A stretch of DNA of 64,000 nucleotides from Gammaproteobacteria bacterium. GTDB lineage: Bacteria; Pseudomonadota; Gammaproteobacteria; Eutrophobiales; Eutrophobiaceae. The number at the start of each line of letters is the position of its first letter. The stretch's first letter is position 1. Positions 28,538-38,112 of the stretch are shown one piece after another. The stretch lies in NCBI GenBank assembly GCA_965222155.1, contig CBDCTH010000012.1:864001-928000 (forward strand). Reading direction: 5' to 3'. Under the pieces are notes generated by a model, which saw only the letters and a list, made by a program, of their open reading frames with translations, was not told where the DNA came from and did not search any database. The position numbers and the translations under genes are program-made.

Positions 28538-28909
28538 ATGCAAAACGAAACCCCTTACATCCTTGGCTTGGACGTCGGTTCTAATTCCATCGGTTGGGCC
28601 GTCATAGATTGTGACATCAATACAAAAAGCAATCATCAGGGAATTTTCGCCGGTTACGATCCCGTCTCATTACGCGCACTGAATTCTCGTATTTTCCTCG
28701 AGATGGTAGAGGCTAAAACCCAAGTGCCAAAAAATCAGAAACGACGCGCTGCCCGTGGAACGCGCAATCGTCGGGCTTACTACAAGAAACGCCGTATGGC
28801 GCTTGTCGACGTTCTCATTGAAACCGGATTGTTGCCCCATGAGTATCTGGAAAACCCGGAGCAAACCCTGAATCGGATCGATCGCGAGTTTGCCGAAAGA
28901 AAATTGAAC
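28538..28909 (+). pseudogene. cas9: cas9 5' fragment (RuvC-I plus bridge helix)
   Basis: YILGLDVGSNSIGWAVID, SRIF, KNQKRRAARGTRNRRAYYKKRR and GLLP; truncated after 124 codons. Confidence 0.9.
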
Positions 28910-28984
28910 ATCTACAATTTGGAAATGGATGCGCAGGCCAGCTTAAACATTGTATCTGAACCGAGTCTGCCCGCAATCTACAAT
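28910..28984 (-). CRISPR. Residual CRISPR array: 9-nt partial repeat, 30-nt spacer, one 36-nt repeat
   Basis: Repeat ATTGTATCTGAACCGAGTCTGCCCGCAATCTACAAT (28949-28984), spacer 28919-28948, ATCTACAAT at 28910-28918. Confidence 0.8.
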
Positions 28985-29345
28985 TGAGATATTCTTCCTG
29001 GCTTAGGTTATGTGCAGCGATGAATTTCCCGAATGCCCGGCTGCCAGCATCAGTTGTTAACTGGTGGTTCGCCTTCAGTATATCCGGGTCTATCACGGCA
29101 ACGTCGCCGTCAAACCAGTTGGCGAGGTAAATTAGTCCCGATACCGGGTCCTAGTCAATCCCTTCGGGATAATCACCGCTATATATAATTGCGGTTTTTT
29201 CCATCTTGTCCAGGTCTGCAACGGACACGCTGTTGTCCCTTTGATTGGTGACAAACAGTCTCTGTGTTGGATGGTGACAGGCCATGGCATGGGGGAACTC
29301 CCTAACCAGGATTCTTGTAATCACCTTAACCACTAAGGACACAGA
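28985..29345 (-). pseudogene. YncE/YVTN beta-propeller fragment with in-frame stop
   Basis: LFVTNQRDNSVSV...GDYPEGID*DPVSGLIYLANWFDGDVAVID...GSRAFGKFI. Confidence 0.65.
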
Positions 29346-29422
29346 AATCATCTCGTGTGTGTATTCTGCGCCACAACTGTAATAGAATGTGCGTCTTTCA
29401 TATGGTTTGATGAAAATCCGGC

Positions 29423-30058
29423 ATGAATAAGCGTACATACAGTCCCCTGGATGAGTTGATCATCGGGTTCGACAGGGTCATATCCGTGTTTAATTCCGGT
29501 AACAAGCGCCCGCATCCGGCTGTTGACGAGCCTGATACCCGGATACAGGGGGCTGAAAGGCGTCGCAGTGCCGCACTGATGCGGGTCAATCACACTGGGG
29601 AGGTGGCGGCCCAGGCCCTGTATGCCGGTCATGCCGTGGTAGCAAGGGATGCCGGGATACGTGATTCCATGTTTCAGGCTGCCGCTGAGGAAAGCGATCA
29701 CCTGTGCTGGTGTGAGACCAGGGTCAGGGAGCTTGACAGTCATGTCAGTTACCTGGCCCCGGTCTGGTATGCAGGATCGTTTGCCATAGGCGCCATGGCC
29801 GGGTTAGCGGGTGATAAATGGAACCTGGGCTTTGTGATGGAAACGGAGCGCCAGGTGGTTGAACACCTGGATAAGCACCTGGAGCTGTTACCGGAGCAGG
29901 ACCATAAAAGCAGGACTATATTGCAACAGATGCGTCGGGATGAGCAGCAGCACGCATCCGTTGCCCAGGCCGCCGGCGCAGTTGAGTTGCCGCGACCCCT
30001 GCGAATAATGATGCGTTGTTGTGCAAAGGTGATGACGAGCACCGCATACTGGTTGTGA
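29423..30058 (+). CDS. coq7: Ubiquinone biosynthesis di-iron monooxygenase Coq7
   Basis: LMRVNHTGEVAAQALY, EESDHLCWC, ETERQVVEHL and DEQQH. Confidence 0.95.
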   Translation: MNKRTYSPLDELIIGFDRVISVFNSGNKRPHPAVDEPDTRIQGAERRRSAALMRVNHTGEVAAQALYAGHAVVARDAGIRDSMFQAAAEESDHLCWCETRVRELDSHVSYLAPVWYAGSFAIGAMAGLAGDKWNLGFVMETERQVVEHLDKHLELLPEQDHKSRTILQQMRRDEQQHASVAQAAGAVELPRPLRIMMRCCAKVMTSTAYWL

Positions 30059-30120
30059 CAGGTCAGGGAACTTTTACGATTACCGGTCTCTAATAAGTAA
30101 TCACCGAGAATTGATTAAAT

Positions 30121-31542
30121 ATGGATGACACTATGCGTGACTATTTTATGGCAAAACACTTCTGTTTGACGGCCGGCAGCCTGAGGTTTTACTCAGCTAT
30201 GGCGCTAATCATGACCCTGCTGTATTTCAGTTCTACCCAGGCGGCTCTGCCCCGGTCTGATGGCGGACAGGAATTACCCAGTCTTGCCCCGATGCTGGAA
30301 CAGGTAACGCCGGCAGTCGTTAATATAGCTACCGAAGGCCGGGTGCAGGTGCGCCAGAATCCGTTATTTGCCGACCCGTTTTTTCGGCGTTTTTTCAATA
30401 TGCCGGACCAGCCGCAGGAAAGAAAAACCCAGAGCCTTGGTTCAGGAGTCATTGTCGATGCTGAACGCGGCTTGGTGCTGACCAACAATCACGTGATCGC
30501 CAATGCCGTGCAGGTCACCGTGACGTTACGCGATGGTCGCCATCTCGAAGCAGAGATTGTCGGTTCCGACCCGGCGACGGACGTAGCCGTGATTAAATTA
30601 CCAGCGCAGAACCTGACGCATATCGAGGTCGCCAACTCGGATGACCTGCGGGTCGGCGATTTCGTGGTGGCTATCGGCAACCCGTTCGGCCTGGGGCAGA
30701 CGGTCACCTCGGGAATAGTCAGTGCGCTCAGCCGCAGTGGCCTGGGTATTGAAGGTTACGAGGATTTTATTCAAACGGACGCATCCATCAATCCCGGGAA
30801 TTCGGGTGGTGCGTTGGTCAATCTGAAAGGGGAACTGGTAGGTATAAACACGGCAATATTTTCACGTGGCGGAGGCAATATCGGCATTGGTTTCGCAATA
30901 CCGATTAATCTCGCCCTGCAGATCACGGAACAACTGCTGGACAAGGGGATGGTGGAACGGGGTTTCATCGGTGTCCAGGTGCAGGATTTAAATGCCGATC
31001 TGGCAGAGGCATTCGGGCTAAAGAACCAGAAAGGCGCAATAGTGAACAGTGTATTACCTGATTCGCCGGCCCAGGAGGCGGGTCTGCTACCCGGGGATAT
31101 CATTACATCCATTAATTCAAAGCCGGTGAAAGCGGCCGCCGACGTCAGAAACCATATCGGGTTGCTGCCTGTGGGTGAACAGGTCATGTTTGAAGTTCTG
31201 CGAGACGGCGAAAAGAAGAAGTTCAAAGCCAGGGTGGTTGCCAACAAGGAGTTGAAATTCTCCGAGAAAACACTTAACAAGCGGCTTGAAGGCATAACAC
31301 TGGGTGATATTGAAGAAGGCCATCCCTATTTCGGCAAAATCAAGGGTGTGGTTATCACGGAAATTCAGCGCGGATCCCAGGCCTGGTCCGCTGGCTTGAG
31401 AAAAGGCGACATCATAACCTCCGTCAACCATAAGCCTGTTACCGACCTGCAGGAATTTTTGCAACTGGTTGATAACATCGACAATGCATTGTTGTTCAGG
31501 GTAATCAGAGGTGACGCCGCCGCCTTCCTGGTCATCAAGTAA
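30121..31542 (+). CDS. degQ: DegQ/DegP periplasmic serine protease
   Basis: TNNHVI, TDVAV, GNSGGAL and two PDZ domains. Confidence 0.93.
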   Translation: MDDTMRDYFMAKHFCLTAGSLRFYSAMALIMTLLYFSSTQAALPRSDGGQELPSLAPMLEQVTPAVVNIATEGRVQVRQNPLFADPFFRRFFNMPDQPQERKTQSLGSGVIVDAERGLVLTNNHVIANAVQVTVTLRDGRHLEAEIVGSDPATDVAVIKLPAQNLTHIEVANSDDLRVGDFVVAIGNPFGLGQTVTSGIVSALSRSGLGIEGYEDFIQTDASINPGNSGGALVNLKGELVGINTAIFSRGGGNIGIGFAIPINLALQITEQLLDKGMVERGFIGVQVQDLNADLAEAFGLKNQKGAIVNSVLPDSPAQEAGLLPGDIITSINSKPVKAAADVRNHIGLLPVGEQVMFEVLRDGEKKKFKARVVANKELKFSEKTLNKRLEGITLGDIEEGHPYFGKIKGVVITEIQRGSQAWSAGLRKGDIITSVNHKPVTDLQEFLQLVDNIDNALLFRVIRGDAAAFLVIK

Positions 31543-31552
31543 TCGCAAACTC

Positions 31553-31838
31553 GCGCCATTCCCGCGCCTCCCTCCGGCGTCATTCCCGCGCCTCCCTCCG
31601 TCGCCATTCCGGCGCCTCCCTCCGTCGCCATTCCCGCGCCCCCCTCCGTCGTCATTCCCGCGCCTCCCTCCGTCGTCATTCCGGCGTATGCCGGAATCCA
31701 GTAGAACAAAGCGTCGCCTGCGGCGACACGTTATCGGACTGGATTCCGGCATACGCCGGAATGGCGACAAGGGAGGCGCCAGCATGGCGACAAGGGAGGC
31801 GTCCCCGGCTCACGACATGCCGGGGCAGGTTCCGGCGA
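31553..31838. repeat. CGTC-type REP pair with 21-bp tandem expansion
   Basis: About six CG(T/C)CATTCC(C/G)GCGCCTCCCTC units, then CGTCATTCCGGCGTATGCCGGAATCCAG and its inverted partner. Confidence 0.9.
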
Positions 31839-31858
31839 CTTTAATATCTTGCGCGGAT

Positions 31859-32785
31859 TTAATGTGCGCTATGTTTGCCGGGGATGTCGCAGCGCCGGAT
31901 CATCCGGCTGATAAGCTGCGCCAGTTGTTTTTTCGGGTAGCTGTTGCGCCAGGCCAGGGCGATATCCCGTTCGGGTACGGGTTTTGCGAAGGGCCGGTAT
32001 TCAACCAATCGGCTCAGCTCGTCGTACTCCCGTATTGCGGTCAACGGCAGTACGGTGACGCCTGAACCGGCTGCCACCATCTGTTTGATTGTGTCAATCG
32101 AACTGCCTTCCAGGGTTTTTTGCATTTTGTCCTTAGAAAACGTATCGCTTTTGCAGGCCGGACAGACGTCTATGACCTGATCCCTGAAACAATTGCCCGA
32201 TTTCAGTAGCAGCAGGGTTTCCTCGATCAGGTCATTTGCCTTGATTTGTTTTTTATCCGACAGCCAGTGGTTTTTCGGCAGCATGACCGTGAACGGCTCT
32301 TTGTACAATACGTCAAGGGTTGTGCCCGGCTGCTCAAACGGCGTGGAGATGATAATCATGTCGAGCTCCCCGCGTTTAAGCTGCTCTGCTAGGTTCAAGG
32401 TGAAATTCTCTTCGATGATGAGCGTCAACTCGGGCGCCTCCCGGTTGAGCAGGGGAATAAGGTGCGGCAGCAGGAAAGGCCCGATCGTGTAGATGACGCC
32501 CAGCTTCAGGGAGCCTTTCAACTGGTCTTTCTCAGCCCCAGCGATGGCCTTGATGGCGTTTACCTGTTCCAGCACGGTAATTGCCTGCTCGACGATGCGC
32601 CGGCCTACCGGGGTAACCGTGACATCATGGGGGCGCCGTTCAAAAATCGTCACGTCCAGTTCATCTTCCAGTTTTTTGATCGCCACGCTGAGTGTCGGCT
32701 GGCTGACGAAGCAGGCCGCGGCGGCCCTGCCGAAGTGCAGTTCGCGGGATACGGCGACGATATAGCGTAGTTCGGTTAAGGTCAT
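31859..32785 (-). CDS. oxyR: Hydrogen peroxide-inducible LysR regulator OxyR
   Basis: MTLTELRY, HFGRAA-x2-CFVSQPTLS and GNCFRDQVIDVC (two redox Cys). Confidence 0.93.
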   Translation of the reverse strand: MTLTELRYIVAVSRELHFGRAAAACFVSQPTLSVAIKKLEDELDVTIFERRPHDVTVTPVGRRIVEQAITVLEQVNAIKAIAGAEKDQLKGSLKLGVIYTIGPFLLPHLIPLLNREAPELTLIIEENFTLNLAEQLKRGELDMIIISTPFEQPGTTLDVLYKEPFTVMLPKNHWLSDKKQIKANDLIEETLLLLKSGNCFRDQVIDVCPACKSDTFSKDKMQKTLEGSSIDTIKQMVAAGSGVTVLPLTAIREYDELSRLVEYRPFAKPVPERDIALAWRNSYPKKQLAQLISRMIRRCDIPGKHSAH

Positions 32786-32795
32786 GGGCGCGGCT

Positions 32796-33602
32796 TCAGC
32801 GGGTAAGCGCGGCCTTCGCCCGGACGAAAGGGAATTGCCCGACCCCGGATGGTGAAGAATGAAGCATTTTCAGTAAAGCAAGGTCAACGTAATTGCGGCC
32901 GAATGACTTGCCTGCCGTTAACCAGAACGGATTGTCGGGTTCTCCCAGATGGTTTATTACCAGTGATGCGCCGGCGAAATCATTATCGATAGTCAGGGGA
33001 TGTGTGGTGATAATCGTCTTTATACCCGCTGCAAGCGCGGCAAGATTACCGTTACTCGTATCTTCTATTGCGATACAGTTTTCCGCATTGATACCCAGTT
33101 TTGCCAGGGTGTATTGATAGACAGCCGGCGAAGGTTTCTTGTCTGCAACGATATCGCAGGTGACTACGGTTGCAAAAAGTTCATCGTCATTTCTCCCGAA
33201 CGCACTGTGCAGCAGGGTATTGACGTTTTCCGCTGAAGAGCTTGTTGCGATCGCCAGTTTCAGATCGGCCAGTCTGCATTCCTTGATCAGCCGACGGATA
33301 CCAGGACGCAATTTGATGTTGCTCTCTACCAGTATTTGCCTGTATAAGACCGATTTTCTTTGGTGTATGGTGTTCGTGGTCCGGTGCAACTCGTCATCAG
33401 CCATACCGGCCCGACGCAGGCAATGGTAAATTCTTTCCTTGCCGCCGGAAATGGAGAGCAGTTGTTTATACTCGCGGCGCGACCAGTTCAGCGGGCAACC
33501 GCACTCTTCGAACGCAAGATTAAAGGCCTGACGATGCAACTCTTCCGTATCGGCAAGGGTCCCGTCCATGTCAAAGATAATTGCCTTGAGTTCGCGCATC
33601 AT
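32796..33602 (-). CDS. HAD-family hydrolase (CbbY-like)
   Basis: FDMDGTLADTE, GGKER, KKPSP and IEDT. Confidence 0.88.
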   Translation of the reverse strand: MMRELKAIIFDMDGTLADTEELHRQAFNLAFEECGCPLNWSRREYKQLLSISGGKERIYHCLRRAGMADDELHRTTNTIHQRKSVLYRQILVESNIKLRPGIRRLIKECRLADLKLAIATSSSAENVNTLLHSAFGRNDDELFATVVTCDIVADKKPSPAVYQYTLAKLGINAENCIAIEDTSNGNLAALAAGIKTIITTHPLTIDNDFAGASLVINHLGEPDNPFWLTAGKSFGRNYVDLALLKMLHSSPSGVGQFPFVRAKAALTR

Positions 33603-35218
33603 TGTTTCTCAAGGAAATTATACGCGACACGCCGCGCCTCATCAAGCGTACCGACAACCTGACTCGCCGGCACATGTTGCAGGATATCGAGGGTACGGAG
33701 AGTGTCAGCGATGGTCTCCGAGAGACCCATCACAACGACCTCGGTTTGTTTTTCCGTAGCGACGTTCATAAGCCTCTCCACGACCATGGCGGCGCTGTCG
33801 TCAAGATACGTCGTATCGGAGAAATCAAAGATCACGATCTCATGGTCTTTGATATCCTCACCTATCACTTCAACAAGTTTCCTGGACGATGCAACGGTGA
33901 AACTTCCCTTGAGCGCCACCAGGCCGACCTGCGCCGAATACGGGTCAGTCAGGGCCATGTCCCGGTACTCGGAGAAGAACGTCCGATCCAGCAGGGGTAC
34001 GGAGATTACACTGTCAAGTTCCAGGGTTTCCAGTTGCTGTGCGTGCGTCATACCCGCGGCGATCAGTCCTATTGCCACGGCGGTGACCAGGTCAACGAAC
34101 ACGGTCAGTCCCAGTGTAAGCAGCATAACGATCAGGTGCTCACGCCGGATGCGGTGCACAAGAGTCAGAAAACGCCAGTCAATAATGTCCCAGCCGATTT
34201 TCATCAGGATACCGGCAAGCACGGCATGGGGAATTGGTTCCACGTACTGTCCCAGGCCCAGCAACAGCATCAGCAGCAGTAACGAGCGCAACACGCCCGA
34301 CACGGAAGTCCGACCGCCGGCGCGTATGTTGGTCACGGTGCCCATGGTGGCCCCGGCGCCCGGCAATCCGCCGAATACTCCGGCTACCATATTGCCGATG
34401 CCCTGGCCCACCAGTTCCCGGTTGGGTTGATGTTGCGTGCCGGTGAGCGAATCGGCAATCAGGGAGGTGAGAAGACTGTCTACGGAACCAAGCAGGGCAA
34501 GAATGATCGCCGGTTCCACTGCACTGACCAGGAAACCGGCTGAAGGTACGTAAAACTGAAATTCCGGCAGTCCCACGGGCATCTGCCCTATAACCGGGGC
34601 GTTATTCAGCCACAACACGCCCAGCAGTGTGCCTGCAACCAGTGATGCAAGAGGGGACGGCAGATACCTGACCAGCCGGCGCGGCCAGAGTATCCCTATG
34701 CCCAGGCTGACCATGCCGATAACGAATGCGCTGGCGTTAAAACCGGCCAGTGCCTCCGGCAACTCCTGCAGTGCGCCCATGGGTCCGTGCGGCGAGGTGG
34801 GCGCTCCCAGGAACGGCAGGACCTGGATCAGGATAATGATGATGCCGATACCCGACATAAACCCGGAAATAACCACGTAAGGGGTGTAGGCAACGAAGCG
34901 ACCGAGCTTTGATATGCCCAGCAGCACCTGCAGCAGGCCGCCCATGACAACTACGGTCAGGGCTTCGGCCAGGTTCGATGCATGGGTCGTGACAATGACT
35001 GCCATCGCGACGGTCATCGACGGGGTGGGGCCGGAGATCTGGGAGCGGGTACCACCAAACACCGAGGCGAAAAAGCCGACCGCGATCGCGCCGTATATGC
35101 CCGCTGCCGCTCCCAGGCCCGACGCGACGCCGAAGGCCAGTGCGACCGGCAGGGCTACGATTGCGGAAGTAATGCCACCGAAGAGATCACCACGAAATGT
35201 CTGGAAATCGTAGTTCAC
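33599..35218 (-). CDS. SulP-family anion transporter with STAS domain (start uncertain)
   Basis: GDLFGGIT-x2-IVALPVALAFG, ELVGQGIGN and DDSAA. Confidence 0.92.
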   Translation of the reverse strand: MNYDFQTFRGDLFGGITSAIVALPVALAFGVASGLGAAAGIYGAIAVGFFASVFGGTRSQISGPTPSMTVAMAVIVTTHASNLAEALTVVVMGGLLQVLLGISKLGRFVAYTPYVVISGFMSGIGIIIILIQVLPFLGAPTSPHGPMGALQELPEALAGFNASAFVIGMVSLGIGILWPRRLVRYLPSPLASLVAGTLLGVLWLNNAPVIGQMPVGLPEFQFYVPSAGFLVSAVEPAIILALLGSVDSLLTSLIADSLTGTQHQPNRELVGQGIGNMVAGVFGGLPGAGATMGTVTNIRAGGRTSVSGVLRSLLLLMLLLGLGQYVEPIPHAVLAGILMKIGWDIIDWRFLTLVHRIRREHLIVMLLTLGLTVFVDLVTAVAIGLIAAGMTHAQQLETLELDSVISVPLLDRTFFSEYRDMALTDPYSAQVGLVALKGSFTVASSRKLVEVIGEDIKDHEIVIFDFSDTTYLDDSAAMVVERLMNVATEKQTEVVVMGLSETIADTLRTLDILQHVPASQVVGTLDEARRVAYNFLEKQ

Positions 35219-35241
35219 CTGGGCTATTGGAAAATTGTTGT

Positions 35242-36780
35242 TTATGATTGAAGGCGCGCCGTCGCAGCCTTGTTCCTGAAAATAATCTCCTGCCACTGTG
35301 CCGGGCCGGTATGATGGACGGAATTGCCGCCGCAATCCACGGCGACGGTAACCGGCATGTCTTTCACCTCGAATTCATGGATGGCTTCCATCCCCATCTC
35401 CGCAAAGGCTACCACCCTGGAACCGGTAATTGCCCTGGAAACCAGGTAGGCGGCGCCGCCGACGGCCGTCAGGTAGACCGCACCGTGTTTCTTTATGGCT
35501 GCCAGTCCTTCCGGGCCGCGTTCTGCCTTGCCTATCATGCCGATCAAGCCTGTTCTCTCCAGCATCAGGTCGGTAAATTTATCCATCCTGGTTGCCGTGG
35601 TGGGCCCTGCCGGACCGACAACTTCATCCCTGACCGCATCGACCGGCCCCACGTAGTAGATGAAACGATTGGTAAAATCGACTCCCTCCGGGAGTGGTTC
35701 CTCTTGGATCAACAGGCTGTTCAAACGCTTGTGTGCGGCATCCCTGCCGGTCAGTAATTTACCGCTCAGCAACAGGGTTTCACCGGGGCGCCAATCGGCT
35801 AAGTCATTCCGGCTGAGCTTGTCCAGGTTGACGCGCCGGGAGCCGGGACCGGCTTCCCAGCTTATGTCGGGCCAGTCATCCAGGCTGGGGGGTGTCTGCA
35901 GGGCAGGACCGCTGCCGTCCAGGATGAAATGCGTATGACGGGTAGCGGCACAGTTGGGAATCAGACCCACAGGCAGGGATGCGGCATGGGTGGGATAATC
36001 AATGATCTTTACGTCCAGCACCGTGGTCAGGCCGCCCAGGCCCTGGGCGCCTATCCCCAGGTCGTTTACCCGGTCGAATATTTCCAGGCGCAATTCCTCC
36101 AGTTTCGATTGCGGGCCCCGTTGTTTCAGTTCCTGGATATCTATCGGATCAAGCAGCGCTTCCTTTGCCAGCACCACCGCTTTCTCCGCCGTACCGCCGA
36201 TACCGATACCCAGGATCCCCGGCGGGCACCAGCCGGCTCCCAGGGTCGGCACAACGTCCACGACCCAGTCTGAAATACTGTCACTGGGGTTGAGCATCGC
36301 CATTTTTGCCTTGTTTTCAGAACCCCCGCCCTTGGCCGCGAGCCGGACCTCTACCTTGTCTCCCGGGACCACCTCCATGTGAATGACCGCCGGCGTGTTA
36401 TCGCCGGTATTTTTGCGGGAGCCGGCCGGATCCGCCATGATGGAGGCCCGCAAAATGTTATCCGGATGGGTGTAGGCGCGCCTGACGCCCTCGTTAACCA
36501 TATCGGCGACACTCATTGCCGTGTCGTCCCAGCGGACGTCCATACCGATTTTAATAAATACCGTGACGATCCCGGTATCCTGGCAGATCGGCCGGCGCCC
36601 TTCCGCGCACATCCTGGAATTGACCAGTATCTGCGCCAGTGCATCTTTGGCCGCCGGGGATTCTTCCCGCTGGTAGGCGTTGTGTACCGCTGCGATAAAA
36701 TCCTGCGGATGGTAGTAGGATATAAACTGCAGGGAATCCACAACGCTTGTTATCAGATCATCTGGTTTGATTGTTGCCAT
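35242..36780 (-). CDS. Class I fumarate hydratase
   Basis: PICQDTG, KGGGSEN, AGWCPPG, GRDAAH and GPTTATRM. Confidence 0.95.
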   Translation of the reverse strand: MATIKPDDLITSVVDSLQFISYYHPQDFIAAVHNAYQREESPAAKDALAQILVNSRMCAEGRRPICQDTGIVTVFIKIGMDVRWDDTAMSVADMVNEGVRRAYTHPDNILRASIMADPAGSRKNTGDNTPAVIHMEVVPGDKVEVRLAAKGGGSENKAKMAMLNPSDSISDWVVDVVPTLGAGWCPPGILGIGIGGTAEKAVVLAKEALLDPIDIQELKQRGPQSKLEELRLEIFDRVNDLGIGAQGLGGLTTVLDVKIIDYPTHAASLPVGLIPNCAATRHTHFILDGSGPALQTPPSLDDWPDISWEAGPGSRRVNLDKLSRNDLADWRPGETLLLSGKLLTGRDAAHKRLNSLLIQEEPLPEGVDFTNRFIYYVGPVDAVRDEVVGPAGPTTATRMDKFTDLMLERTGLIGMIGKAERGPEGLAAIKKHGAVYLTAVGGAAYLVSRAITGSRVVAFAEMGMEAIHEFEVKDMPVTVAVDCGGNSVHHTGPAQWQEIIFRNKAATARLQS

Positions 36781-36837
36781 GGTGTTTGCCCGTTTGCCGG
36801 TTCAGCATCTGGTGATAGTATAACGTAAGGCGGCGCC

Positions 36838-37819
36838 TGCCCACAGCCGTTATGTAAAGGTCTCGATCATTGACAGTGAGGGGGAACGGCACAGCCGTTT
36901 GAGGAAGTCGGTATTCAGGCTTTTTACAATCCCGCGGGTCAATCAACTGAGCGGCTTTATCCAGGATTTAATCAACCGACAAATCGACATTGTGGCATCG
37001 GAAAAAGAGTTCGATTTCATTGAAGATCTGGTTGCCCCCGTACCGGGCTTTGTCATTGGGGAAATGCTGGGTGTGCCGGAATCGAACCGTCTTCAATTAC
37101 GCACCTGGTCGGAAAATATCGTCCAGTTTTTTGAGCCGGAACGGACCGAGGCGCACAGGCAACTGGCGGAGCAGGCGACGACGGAGTTTGCGGCATACCT
37201 GACTGAAATGACAGAAATTCGCCGGAAACAACCACAGCTTGACCTGATATCAGAAATGATCGCATGGCGTGATGGTAGCGACTGCCTGAATCAAGACGAT
37301 CTGATTTCGACTGCCATGACTGTTCTCATGGCAGGACACGGCTCGACCATCGATGCATCAGCGAATGGTATGCTGGCATTACTCCAGCATCCGCAGCAGA
37401 TGGCCGCGCTGAAAGCCGATCCCCGGCTGATTCATACCACCGTGCAGGAAATACTCCGCTTTGAGCCGCCGTTGCCCCATTTTCATCGGTATGTGCTGGA
37501 AGATATGGAGTACAAAGGATACTCATTTAAAAAAGGCACGAAGCTGGGGTTTCTGTATGCATCGGCCAATCGGGACGACGCTTGCTTCGATAATCCTGCT
37601 TCATTTGATATCCGCCGCGACCCAAACCGGCACCTGGCGTTTGGCGGCGGCGTTCACCATTGCTTGGGTAACCACCTGGCGCGTCTGAATATGGGGATCA
37701 TGTTCAACACCGTTTTACGGCGATTGCCCGGGTTGAGACTGGCGGTGACCGCAGACCGACTTAAATGGAAGACCGGCATCCAGAGTCGCGGCCTGGTGAC
37801 CCTGCCCGTGAAGTTCTAA
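36838..37819 (+). pseudogene. Cytochrome P450, N-terminally truncated
   Basis: AGHGST, EILR and FGGGVHHCLG; the frame begins mid-fold, and an in-frame stop lies just upstream. Confidence 0.75.
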
Positions 37820-37902
37820 TCTTGAGGACGTCGTCAATACTGCGCTTCGAGTGATACTGATCTTATAACAACGCGGCTTTCAGGATAAAGGAGGCATACC
37901 AA

Positions 37903-38088
37903 GTGGAATTCGGCATCTGTTTTAAGGGTACCGTCAGCCCCGGCGAGGCTGCCGGACGGGATATGTCGAACTTCAGGGTAATGTCTGCTGCGCCTGCCTA
38001 TTTTGGTTCCCTGGATGAATGTGTTGATGCAAGCAAATGGTTTCCGGCAATGGTAGGCAAGCACGTTATCCTTGAGTTCATTGGATAG
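37903..38088 (+). pseudogene. Probable internally deleted LLM-class oxidoreductase remnant
   Basis: MEFGICFKG joined to AGRD...VMSAAPAY...WFPAMVG; AGGAGG RBS. Confidence 0.4.
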
Positions 38089-38112
38089 CAAAACTTGTGA
38101 CCATTACCGTAA

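Noticed and set aside
28538-28987. 149-aa ORF as a functional miniature Cas9
   Set aside because: Lacks HNH, RuvC-II/III and the PAM-interacting domain; its last 25 residues are read-through of spacer and repeat
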